From the IMG/VR virus record IMGVR_UViG_3300010885_080481: a stretch of 64,000 bases of DNA; one strand, given 5' to 3'. Numbering within the stretch: position 1 is the stretch's first letter; each line of letters begins with the position of its first letter. The notes under the pieces are model-generated. The model did no database searches, was not told the DNA's origin, and was given only the letters and a program-made list of their open reading frames with translations. The stretch is from a virus (Duplodnaviria > Caudoviricetes). Shown here piece by piece: positions 1-9,500 of this stretch. The position numbers and the translations under genes are program-made.

Positions 1-1
1 G

Positions 2-1141
2 TACGTTCGCAGGGGGTCAATTCCGACCGACGATACAGGCAAAACCCGTGCAATCAATGTATCTGATCTATCATTCTCGCAGAACAGAAGATTCCTCAAA
101 TTCACCATGGTCATGCAGGGTGGATTCGACGGCGTCAACATCTTCGATGAGAATGAGCATCAGATCAACAACGCAGCCGTCACCGCAGACATGGGCGATG
201 CTAACAGAGGTGGAAGCAGAGGTCCAAACGTAAGCTCTTATCTCAAGGCATTGGAAGTTATGAAGAACACCACAAACGTGGATATTCAATTACTCGCAAT
301 ACCTGGTATCAGAACTCCCGTTGTGACCGATGCCGCCCTCGCAGCAACAGAAGAGCGTTTTGACGCTCTCTACATCATGGACATGGAACAGGTAGACAAG
401 AATGGCAACCTGATCAACGTCACAGGAACCGCTAAACCTTCCGTAACTGAGACGATTGCCCAACACAAGGCTCGTAACCTCAACACGTCCTTCGCAGCAA
501 CTTACTTCCCTGACGTGCTGATGAGAGATCCTTCAAGGGCATCCAACACCGTCGTTGTTCCACCTTCGGTCGTCGTCCTCGGAGCCTTGGCGTTGAATGA
601 TGCTCTAGGATATCCTTGGTTTGCTCCCGCAGGTCTCACCCGCGGCGCACTTCCCACTACGCTAGAGACCAGCATCCAGCTGAAAGACGAAGATCTCGAC
701 GCTCTATATGATGAAGACATCAATCCTCTTTACGCGCAAATAACGCAGGCTAGATCAGGATTGAATCCGAAGGGAGGAGTCGTCGTCTGGGGTCAGAAGA
801 CGCTGTACCAAGCTGCTTCAGCTCTTGATAGAATCAACGTCCGTCGTCTCCTTATCGACATCCGTCGTCAGGTTCGTGAGATCGCTCAAACGATCATCTT
901 CGAGCCAAACCGCGAAGCCACCCTCGCCCGCTTCTCTGCCGCTGTCACCCCTCGCTTGCAGAGAATTCAGGCCCTCGCCGGACTAGAAAGGTTCAGAGTC
1001 ATCATTGATTCTTCGACCACAACCCAGGCCGACGTGGAGAACAACACGGTTAGAGGAAAGATATTCCTCCAGCCAACAAAGACGATAGAGTTCGTTTCTC
1101 TAGACTTCGTCGTGGCAAACAACCTCCAGTCAGTCACCTGA
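2..1141 (+). CDS. Tail sheath protein, paralog 1 (5' truncated by window edge)
   Basis: The frame is open from position 2 (YVRRGSIPTDD...), upstream of the tracked ATG at 107. It has sheath C-terminal motifs PWFAPAG, INP, VVWGQKTL, DRINVRRLL, FEPN and PTKTIEFV. Confidence 0.93.
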   Translation, partial: YVRRGSIPTDDTGKTRAINVSDLSFSQNRRFLKFTMVMQGGFDGVNIFDENEHQINNAAVTADMGDANRGGSRGPNVSSYLKALEVMKNTTNVDIQLLAIPGIRTPVVTDAALAATEERFDALYIMDMEQVDKNGNLINVTGTAKPSVTETIAQHKARNLNTSFAATYFPDVLMRDPSRASNTVVVPPSVVVLGALALNDALGYPWFAPAGLTRGALPTTLETSIQLKDEDLDALYDEDINPLYAQITQARSGLNPKGGVVVWGQKTLYQAASALDRINVRRLLIDIRRQVREIAQTIIFEPNREATLARFSAAVTPRLQRIQALAGLERFRVIIDSSTTTQADVENNTVRGKIFLQPTKTIEFVSLDFVVANNLQSVT

Positions 1142-1161
1142 TTGTAACAGTTGTTAGAGAT

Positions 1162-1190
1162 GAAGAGCCGTTCACAGCGGCTCTTCTTTC
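1162..1190 (+). terminator. Intrinsic terminator after sheath 1
   Basis: GAAGAGCCG (1162-1170), 7-nt loop, CGGCTCTTC (1178-1186), followed by a T-rich tail. Confidence 0.65.
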
Positions 1191-1315
1191 ATTTGCGTTA
1201 GGTATGATTAGAATGCTCTCTAATAATTTTTCTGTTAATTCATTGGGTGATAAACGTAAGAATTATAAAAATAACCTGTGAAGGATCCTGCTGAGGCGGG
1301 CCTTTTTACGTTGTG

Positions 1316-1323
1316 ATAGTTAT
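1316..1323 (+). promoter_or_regulatory. Candidate late-promoter motif ATAGTTAT
   Basis: It lies about 20 nt upstream of the sheath 2 start. ATA(G/A/T)TTA recurs upstream of many virion-type genes. Confidence 0.45.
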
Positions 1324-1343
1324 TGTCGTAAAAAGAAATTGCG

Positions 1344-4343
1344 ATGAGCGAATACAAGTTTAACAGCGCAGGGATATCGGCTCAAGAAATTGGACTGATT
1401 GGTCCGACGGACGAAGAAGATGTTCCATTCGGTCGGAACGCTTGCATTATAGGAACTTCTTTTATTGGTCCTGCATTTGTTCCTTTGACTTTAGGAACTC
1501 AAAGGAAATTTCAAGCAAAATTTGGCGACCTCGACGCGAAGTTGTTCGGTCCTTTCGCCGTGAGAGAATGGTTGAGCAACGCCAACTCTGTCACCTACAT
1601 GCGTGTTCTGGGGATCGGAGATGGCAAGAAGAGAGGTCCCGACGGAGATGTGACGTCAGCTGGATTCACTGTCGGCGAGGAATTGCCTTTCGTCTCATCT
1701 AGCGGGTACATCGTTTCAAATAGCTTTGCAAACTCCGGAGGTCCGTTAGGCAGAACTTATTTCTTGGGTTGCTTCATGTCTGAGTCGGAAGGCAACACCT
1801 ACTTTAGTTCAGCTGGGTTACAAGGAACTGGTAGCCAAAATAATATTGTTTCCGCCGCCGTTCCAATCATCCGTGGCATATTGATGGCGCCATCAGGGGT
1901 TATATTACGCCTGTCTTCATCAGGCGGAGGGTACAATTCTAGCGCTCCTCCCTTGACGTATGTGGCTAATGAATCTACGACTTATGGAACCACCTTGGGA
2001 TCAGTCACACTTTTGGATGGAAACAGCTCTGTCAAACAAGAGTTTGTGTTGTTGCTGAATGGCCACACTGCTGGGGATACTGCTATTACTGCTTCTTTTG
2101 ACATGCAAGCTCCTAATTACTTCCCGAAAGTATTCAACACGACTGCATCTTACATTCAAGAGAAGGGACATTTCCTCTACACACATTTTGACATTCATCC
2201 TTCTACAGCTGAGTTGACAGGAACGAATGCGGTGACCGCTGGAGCTGGAGCTGATTCAGATTCTAATAGGATATTTGGAACTGAGAGATCCATCTTCTTG
2301 ATCACGTCTTCATTGGCTCGGAACGTTGGTTCAAGTACGGTCCCCAATTACGAAAACTTTAGAGACAGATTCACTCATTCCAAGACTCCTTGGTTCGTCT
2401 CACAGGATTTTAGAGGTAATAGGCACAACCTATTCAGACTGCATCTATTGGGTGATGGAACTCAAGAGTTTCAGTCTTATAAAATCACGATAAAGGATAT
2501 AACGCCTGCGGCGCCCGATTCTATCTACGCATATGGTACCTTTAGTATATTGGTACGTAACTTGATAGATCCAGATGGAGAGACCTCAACTCCTGTAGAA
2601 AAATTCATAGGCGTCACCTTGGACCCTTCGTCTGACAAGTACATCTCAAAAGAAATTGGAGACGTCAATGCATTTTACGACTTCGACAGGCCTGATAACG
2701 AGCAGAAGCTAGTCATAGAAGGTAACTACCCGTTAAAATCGAACGTCATAAGAGTTGAGGTGTCTGAAGACGTCAAAAACAAGAAGGTTCCTTTCGATTC
2801 TCTCCCTGTGGGATTTAGAGGAATCTCTCATCTGGTCACCTCCGGATCAGCACCTTTAGCCACGCTAAATTCGGCCGACGCTTCAGCGTTGGTTTCTGCT
2901 GGCTACGTAAAAAATATGGTGCAGCCTCCTCTGCCCATGCGTTTTAATAATAGAGCAGTAAACTTGCAAACGACTCCTTCTACCAACAAATCTTGGGGAG
3001 TGATGTTTGATCATGCAGGACAGAATAGCAACGACATCAAACAGCCCTTGATGTTTCTATTTGGATACACCTCTCATTATCCTGAACATGCCTCGAGCAA
3101 TGCAAATTTTGCGGTTGGTGATAACGTCGGCGTCCTTGATACATCTGCTAATGGCATCATGGATGCGGACAGATTTTGCTACAATTTCTTTACTCTAGAA
3201 AACATAAAAATAATCACAGGATCCAACGGAACAGTCGATCCGCCATATGACTGGAACTTGGCTGAGTACGTGAGGAACGGCGATATTCCCGAGAATCATA
3301 AAGAGAAATCGAGAAGGATTGGTATGGGAGATTTCTTGTCGGCTTCTAACTCAGGATATCTACGTTATGATGTGATCCTGCAGGGCGGTTTCAATGGCGT
3401 CAACATATTCGACACAGATGAATCAGATTTGACGTCGACAGCCGTGAAGGCCGACATGGCCGACCCAGCCCGTGGCCGCCTCAAGGGGCCTTCCGTGATA
3501 TCATATAAAAAATCTTTAGAAATAATCGGTAATTCTACGAACACTGATTTTAGCATTTTTGCTATTCCTGGAATTAGAGAACCTGTCATCACTGATGAAG
3601 CCACCCTGACAGCCGAAGATCGCTTCGACGCTCTCTACGTTATGGATGTAGAGAACGGTTCGACTCCGAAAGAAACAGCAGAGACATTGAAGAATCGTGT
3701 CATAAATTCGTCTTTTGCGGCCGCTTATTATCCTGATGCGGTCATACGGTTGTCTCCTCAATTGAACACAGAGTACGTGGTTCCACCTTCGGTCGTTGTC
3801 CTTGGAGCTCTGTCTCTCAACGACAGCATAGGACAACCTTGGTTTGCCCCTGCTGGTGTGACAAGAGGGAAGTTGGTATCGACGGTAAAAACGACAGTGC
3901 CACTAAATGAAAAAGATCTTGACACTTTGTACAAGAGCAATATCAACCCCTTATACGCGACGACTAACATTGAAGGTGTCAATCAATTTCAAAATGTGAG
4001 CGCCGTTGTCGTATGGGGGCAAAAAACGTTGCAATTGGCAAATGCAGCCGTCAACAGGATCAACGTCAGACGGTTGTTAATCGAGGCTCGCCGCGCAGTG
4101 AAAGAAGCTGCTCAAACGGCATTATTTGAACCAAATAGACCTGAATCCGCCGTTAGGTTGACCAACATCATATCTGAAAGATTGGCAACGATAAAATCTT
4201 TAGGTGGTATGGATGAATTTAGAGTGTCTCTCTCACCATCAAATGATCCAGAATTTTTGACAATTCGTGGTCGTGTTTACGTTAAACCGAAGAAAACACA
4301 AGAATTTGTGACTTTAGATTTCTCAGTTTCTAATGATGAATAA
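1344..4343 (+). CDS. Tail sheath protein, paralog 2 (999 aa)
   Basis: N-terminal sheath motifs (GPAFVP, F...FG, AVREWL, TYMRVLG) and C-terminal motifs PWFAPAG, VVWGQKTL, NRINVRRLL and FEPN. Confidence 0.92.
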   Translation: MSEYKFNSAGISAQEIGLIGPTDEEDVPFGRNACIIGTSFIGPAFVPLTLGTQRKFQAKFGDLDAKLFGPFAVREWLSNANSVTYMRVLGIGDGKKRGPDGDVTSAGFTVGEELPFVSSSGYIVSNSFANSGGPLGRTYFLGCFMSESEGNTYFSSAGLQGTGSQNNIVSAAVPIIRGILMAPSGVILRLSSSGGGYNSSAPPLTYVANESTTYGTTLGSVTLLDGNSSVKQEFVLLLNGHTAGDTAITASFDMQAPNYFPKVFNTTASYIQEKGHFLYTHFDIHPSTAELTGTNAVTAGAGADSDSNRIFGTERSIFLITSSLARNVGSSTVPNYENFRDRFTHSKTPWFVSQDFRGNRHNLFRLHLLGDGTQEFQSYKITIKDITPAAPDSIYAYGTFSILVRNLIDPDGETSTPVEKFIGVTLDPSSDKYISKEIGDVNAFYDFDRPDNEQKLVIEGNYPLKSNVIRVEVSEDVKNKKVPFDSLPVGFRGISHLVTSGSAPLATLNSADASALVSAGYVKNMVQPPLPMRFNNRAVNLQTTPSTNKSWGVMFDHAGQNSNDIKQPLMFLFGYTSHYPEHASSNANFAVGDNVGVLDTSANGIMDADRFCYNFFTLENIKIITGSNGTVDPPYDWNLAEYVRNGDIPENHKEKSRRIGMGDFLSASNSGYLRYDVILQGGFNGVNIFDTDESDLTSTAVKADMADPARGRLKGPSVISYKKSLEIIGNSTNTDFSIFAIPGIREPVITDEATLTAEDRFDALYVMDVENGSTPKETAETLKNRVINSSFAAAYYPDAVIRLSPQLNTEYVVPPSVVVLGALSLNDSIGQPWFAPAGVTRGKLVSTVKTTVPLNEKDLDTLYKSNINPLYATTNIEGVNQFQNVSAVVVWGQKTLQLANAAVNRINVRRLLIEARRAVKEAAQTALFEPNRPESAVRLTNIISERLATIKSLGGMDEFRVSLSPSNDPEFLTIRGRVYVKPKKTQEFVTLDFSVSNDE

Positions 4344-4372
4344 AAATATTTTTGTTAGATCTTCTTTTAAGA

Positions 4373-4380
4373 ATAATTAT
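4373..4380 (+). promoter_or_regulatory. Candidate late-promoter motif ATAATTAT
   Basis: Intergenic, upstream of the tail tube gene, with an AGGAG SD between it and the ATG at 4413. Confidence 0.45.
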
Positions 4381-4412
4381 GCTAAGAGTTCCAACAACAG
4401 GAGTAATTTACA

Positions 4413-4901
4413 ATGGCTGAAACCCTTGACGTAACGTCAATGATCCCAAACAAATTTGAACCCAAACGCAAGAACCGTTGGGTCCTCATGATCGAAGGCA
4501 TCGATGCCTACATTTTGAAAACCGCCGCACGCCCACAGATATCGACGGAAGAAGTTGCTGTTCCTTTTATCAACTCAACCCGTTATCTTGCAGGTAGGAC
4601 AACGTTCGGACAGATGAGCGTGACGCTCCACGACCCCATTGCTCCTTCTGGCGCACAACAGGTCATGGAATGGGTTCGTTTACACTTTGAGTCTGTTTCA
4701 GGTCGTTCAGGTTATGCAGACTTCTACAAGAGAGATGTTCAGTTGAAGATGCTTGATCCTGTTGGCACTGTCATCGAACTTTGGGACATCAAGGGTGCGT
4801 TCATCATGGAAGCAAACTTCAATGATCTAACGTACGAAGATGGCGGCCCTGTTGAAATCGCTTTAACGTTGCGTTATGACAACGCCGTTCTGCAGTACTG
4901 A
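4413..4901 (+). CDS. Tail tube protein (T4 gp19-like)
   Basis: 162 aa directly after the sheath. Motifs FEPKRKNRW, RP, YLAGR, DFYKRD, MLDPVG, W.IKGAF and LTLRYD. Confidence 0.9.
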   Translation: MAETLDVTSMIPNKFEPKRKNRWVLMIEGIDAYILKTAARPQISTEEVAVPFINSTRYLAGRTTFGQMSVTLHDPIAPSGAQQVMEWVRLHFESVSGRSGYADFYKRDVQLKMLDPVGTVIELWDIKGAFIMEANFNDLTYEDGGPVEIALTLRYDNAVLQY

Positions 4902-4980
4902 TCTGGAGACTTCAATCAAAACTATTCGTTTGGAACCGTCAAGTTAAGCAGACTGAACTGGTTAACTTGTTAATTCTCGA

Positions 4981-5006
4981 AGGCCCAATTTTTTGGGCCT
5001 TTTTTT
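4981..5006 (+). terminator. Intrinsic terminator after tail tube
   Basis: AGGCCCAA-TTTT-TTGGGCCT followed by TTTTTT. Confidence 0.85.
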
Positions 5007-5056
5007 ATTTACAAAAATTTAAAAAGATATAATTTGATCTTGATATCAGGAGACAT

Positions 5057-5929
5057 ATGTCAGATCAACGAGAAGTCAAAAATTCCATTTTCAATCCTAA
5101 CATGCCTGGAGGGGTCGATCCTCGCATGCCTATGCAATCCGTCGCGGACAAGCTGAAGGCAGAGTTCGGATTAGACATTCCGACAGAGCTAGTTCCGCTT
5201 CCATCATGCGGTAAGGTATATCCCCCTGAGATGTCTTTGCATAATCAAGACGTCGTTGAGATTCGTCCAATGACCGCAAGAGAAGAAGACATTCTAACTT
5301 CTAGAGCTCTTATCAAAAAGGGTACCGTCATCACTGAGCTGATCAAGGCTTGTCTCGTGGATAGATCAGTAAGCACGTCTGATCTCTTGGTTGGTGATAG
5401 AAATGCTCTAATGATGGCGATTCGTATCACGGGATACGGTCCTGATTACACGACTGAGATGGATTGTGACGAATGCAGCTCTAAAAATCAACAGACATTC
5501 AATCTATCAGAACTACCCATCAAGAAGCTTGAGATAGATCCTGTCATTCATGGTCAGAACGTTTTCGAGTTTTTGCTACCAAGAACAAAAAAGAAGGTCA
5601 GATTCAAGTTCTCTACTGGTCGTGATGAGGAAGAAGCTTCCATTTTAGCAGAAAAACAAAAGAAGCTTGGATTAGGTGCCGAGACTGGTGTCACAACGTC
5701 TTTGATGCAATCAATCTTGTCAATCGACGGTATAGAAGACAGGGTCAAGATCTCTAATTTTATCAAGTACATGCCTGCTCAAGATTCGTTGGCATTAAGA
5801 AACTACATGAGGGAGCACGAACCTGGTGTCACGATGAAGCAAGAGGTCGTGTGTCCTGCCTGTGGGAACACAGAGGAGGTCAACATGCCATTAGGCATCA
5901 ACTTTCTTTGGCCTTCGTCCAGAAGATAA
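5057..5929 (+). CDS. Baseplate hub / tail assembly chaperone-like protein
   Basis: Lies between tube and tape measure. Motifs LPSCGKVY, IRPMTAREEDIL and GDRNA, two CxxC pairs, and a C-terminal NFLWP. Confidence 0.7.
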   Translation: MSDQREVKNSIFNPNMPGGVDPRMPMQSVADKLKAEFGLDIPTELVPLPSCGKVYPPEMSLHNQDVVEIRPMTAREEDILTSRALIKKGTVITELIKACLVDRSVSTSDLLVGDRNALMMAIRITGYGPDYTTEMDCDECSSKNQQTFNLSELPIKKLEIDPVIHGQNVFEFLLPRTKKKVRFKFSTGRDEEEASILAEKQKKLGLGAETGVTTSLMQSILSIDGIEDRVKISNFIKYMPAQDSLALRNYMREHEPGVTMKQEVVCPACGNTEEVNMPLGINFLWPSSRR

Positions 5930-5957
5930 GACGACTTTCATTTTAGAACCTGCATTC

Positions 5958-6176
5958 TTGTTGATGTATTATTGCGGATTTACGTACAGGGAGACCTATG
6001 CGCTCCCTGTTGCGTACAAACAATGGTTCATAGAACGAATTAGAAAAGAGTTGACAAAATCGACGGACGACGGAAACACCCAATCTAGAGCACTACACCA
6101 CAATTCACCAGAGGTTAGAGCGATGTCAGGAATGGCTAGAGAGTCTTCTCCTTCGCGGCTGCGAAGATTTACTTGA
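5958..6176 (+). CDS. Small tail-chaperone extension ORF (possibly expressed by frameshift from the upstream gene)
   Basis: Only a weak TTG start. The same frame is open from 5895 and reads FFGLRPEDKTTFILEPAFLLMYYCGF, overlapping the end of the upstream ORF. Confidence 0.6.
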   Translation: MLMYYCGFTYRETYALPVAYKQWFIERIRKELTKSTDDGNTQSRALHHNSPEVRAMSGMARESSPSRLRRFT

Positions 6177-6225
6177 TGACATAATAAAAAAAGGTAGTTT
6201 TCTTTTTAGAATATTAGATATTTGC

Positions 6226-6519
6226 ATGACCAATCCAGCCTTCGTACAAATAGAATTAAATGGTGATGATTCTAAGAAGCATGAACTGTTTCGTGCAATC
6301 GCTTCTAAGTTAACTGGAAACTTAGCATGCGAGATTAGGCTGAAGGGCACAAAAAAGCAGGTCTCTATCGTCAATGAAGCCACCTCTGCCACCTACCAAT
6401 TTCATCGCAATCTCAATGATAAAAATGCTAGCCTGCAGTCTGTCATAGAGAGTCTTAACAAGAAGCATGAAGCGGCTCAAAAGTTTGAGTCTCACTTCGG
6501 TATTTCTTGGGTTCTTTGA
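6226..6519 (+). CDS. Hypothetical protein in tail module
   Basis: 97-aa ORF that fills the gap before the tape measure gene. Confidence 0.6.
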   Translation: MTNPAFVQIELNGDDSKKHELFRAIASKLTGNLACEIRLKGTKKQVSIVNEATSATYQFHRNLNDKNASLQSVIESLNKKHEAAQKFESHFGISWVL

Positions 6520-6538
6520 TTGAGAAGGATGTAGCTAG

Positions 6539-9500
6539 ATGGCACCTCCTGGCGGCGGAACCGGCGGCGGAAGTGGTGGCGGAGGTGGGATAAACCCTGA
6601 CATCATCAGATCGCTTACTGAATTGCTTGGGTCTTCCAACACAAACCTGGAAAGGATGTTGGAGAACCTCGGTCGCCTCGGCGCGAGCTCTCAATCGTTG
6701 ACGGGTCTTGCCGGTGCCGCGCAGGAATTATCAGATCATTTGGGAGGGTTGGGTCGATCTCTCACAGATCTGCAAAGACTGTTGGGTAGAGTCAATGATC
6801 AGTCAAAGAAGCAATCTTCCATTCTGAAGATGATGGGTTCAGCCTGGAAGACATTTGGGGCGGCCGTCAAGGGTGCTATGAACATCTTGAGTGGGTTGAC
6901 TGACGTCATATCGACCGTGGGAGGAGCGCTATGGGATTTAGGCGCCGCAATCATAGCAGCTCCATTTGAGATGTTGAACTGGCTTATCAAAAAATCCAAG
7001 CAAGTCATTGGAAGCGGTACTGAAATAGCTGAGGCTTATGAAAAGATTCGTGAGCAATTCGGAGATTTGACCAAGGGCACCTCAAAGGACGTGATCGATT
7101 TCGGCAAGAGTATGGCCACTGGGATGATCACCCCTACGTTGTCCGCCAGGAGAGTGTTCGGGTCCTTAGCAGAGTCTTTGAATAAAGCCCTCGAGGTGGC
7201 TCAGGCCGCCCCTGCTACCTTCCAGCTCTTATCTGATCAGTTTGAGAAGAATGGTCTAGAGATAATGGCCATGGCAAACGGCCTTGGCCTCGGTAATGAA
7301 GAACTCACAGCGTTACAGCAGAGAGCCATCGCAACAGGCACGTCTCTCGTGGATCTTGAGTCAGAGATAACGAAGTACGCAAAGGGAATGTCTGCTCAGT
7401 TCGGATTAAACTCCAAAGCCATGTCTAGAGACATGGGCCGAGCGCTGAAAGACGTCAAACATTTTGCTAATTCTACTGTCAAAGAAATTGCGCAAGCCAC
7501 GACGTACGCTCATAAATTAGGCTTAGAGCTTAAAGACATTACTGGCGTTCTAGATAAGTTCAACACGTTCGACGAAGCTGCTGAGAACGTGTCTAAGCTG
7601 TCGCAGGCCTTCGGCATCAACGTCGACGCAATGAAGCTTGTTGAAGCAAAATCTCCAGCCGATGCGTTAGACATGATCAAACAGGCGATGGCCGCAGCCG
7701 GTAAGTCTGCAGATCAGATGAATCGACAAGAGCTGCAACTTCTCGCCTCGACGGTCGGTATGTCTGAAGAGCAGGTTCGAATGGCTTTCTCCATGAAGAA
7801 CTCCGGCGTCTCGATGGACAAGGTGAAACAATCTGGGACCGGATTGGAACATCAGATGATGAGCACATCTGAGGCAGTGGCATCTCTCGCTGATGACATG
7901 AAGCGAGTGGTCAAAGCAGGCCAGCAACCTGCTGGCGATTCTTTCTTTGAGATATTTGTCGAGGGTTTCTTAGAAGGAATCGACACCTCAAAGACGTTCT
8001 TGTCCTTGCTGCAGGCAGTGATGAAGGACATGTATATTGTTCGTGATGCCGGCCGCCAATTGGGCAGAGCATTCATTGAGAACTTCCCGGGGGTTAAGGA
8101 CTTTATCAACGGATTGAAAGAGATGTTGAACCCGACGGCGATAAAAGGATTGATGTCCAACGTCGTCAACATATTCAAGGATTTCTTCGATCAACTTAAT
8201 AAAGGCACTGCTGACACAGGCAAGCTGTTTGATTCGTTGGTGGATGGTTTCACAAATTTCGCCGAAAAAACTTCAGGTGGAAGCCAGATGTTGAAAGGGT
8301 TGAAGAATATCTGGAAAGCTGTAGAAAGAATCATTTCTACGGGCATCGATTGGTTATCTAACAAGCTCAAGACGGGATTAGAATTCATCGTAAAGTTATT
8401 GAGTGGAGACTTTAACAATGCCATTGCAAACGCTGCTGAAGCTGCCCCTGGCGCTATTGGCGATGCCCTCGGCGGTGCAGGTGGAGCAATTGCCGAATCT
8501 CCAATTAGTAAGGCATTTATATCCGCATTTCAAAAGCTATCAGGACCTTTAGAAAAAATCTTCGATTTGTTGTGGGATAAAATTGTTGCTAAATTAGGAA
8601 ACGTTTTAAAACAATATAAATGGGAAATTGCTTTATTTGCATTAGGTCCAACTATAGCAAACTTAACGGTAAGTGCAATATCTGGCGCATTATCAAATCC
8701 TGGGGTGATTTCTGCTTTTTCAAAATTAGGCCCCTTGCTGGCTAATCCCCTCGGTCTCGCCGTGGGTGCATCTGTTGCGATTGTCGCGGGCGCAGCATAT
8801 ACGATTAACAAAGATCTTGAAAATTATCAAAATAATCTAAGAAGAGATGCTGCATTAACTTTAAAAGCAGAAAAAGAAAAAAATAAAACCTTTTTAGATC
8901 AAAATGCTACCATTGAACAACAAATTACGTTATTACGTGCCCGTGCCGCCGAAGGCGATAAAAATGCTGCTGCAGAAGCGAATAGGCTAGAAAAAGAACA
9001 AGAAGCTACGCGTCAACAACGTTTATCTGGTCAAGGGAAATCAACAGAGGATGCTCTTCGCCCTGCTATTAAAGAACTTGGATCAACCGTTAACATAAAC
9101 GAAGAAAAAATGGAGGAATTTCTCGATCGTGCCCAAGCTCAGGTCACAGACTCTATAGCTTCGCGTGTCAAAGGTGCAGCTGGTAAGCAAGCTGAAACTC
9201 TTAGACAAATGGAAAATGAATTCTATATGACTTCTGGGTCCCCGGAGTTGAGTGCCCAAGGGCAAGCGTTGTTAGAAAAGATGAAAAGCGACGTTACGAT
9301 CAGAGAAAGGTTGTTAAAAGCAACAGTCGACGAACTAGATACGGAAAACCTCGAATTATTGAAAGATATTCTTCCTGAATATGATGAAATTGATTTTAGT
9401 AGTTCAGACGCAAGTATTATTAAGCTCGCCGGAATGCGAATGAACGCCGAGGACGCCGCGGCTAAGGAGGCCGCTGCCGAGTCTCAAGAAAGTGTCTCAA

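Noticed and set aside
3657-3667. GGTTCGACTCC, a tRNA T-loop-like string
   Set aside because: It lies inside the sheath CDS, and I could not fold a cloverleaf around it.
6539-6590. GGC/GGT-rich run at the tape measure start
   Set aside because: It is a simple Gly linker, not a repeat element.
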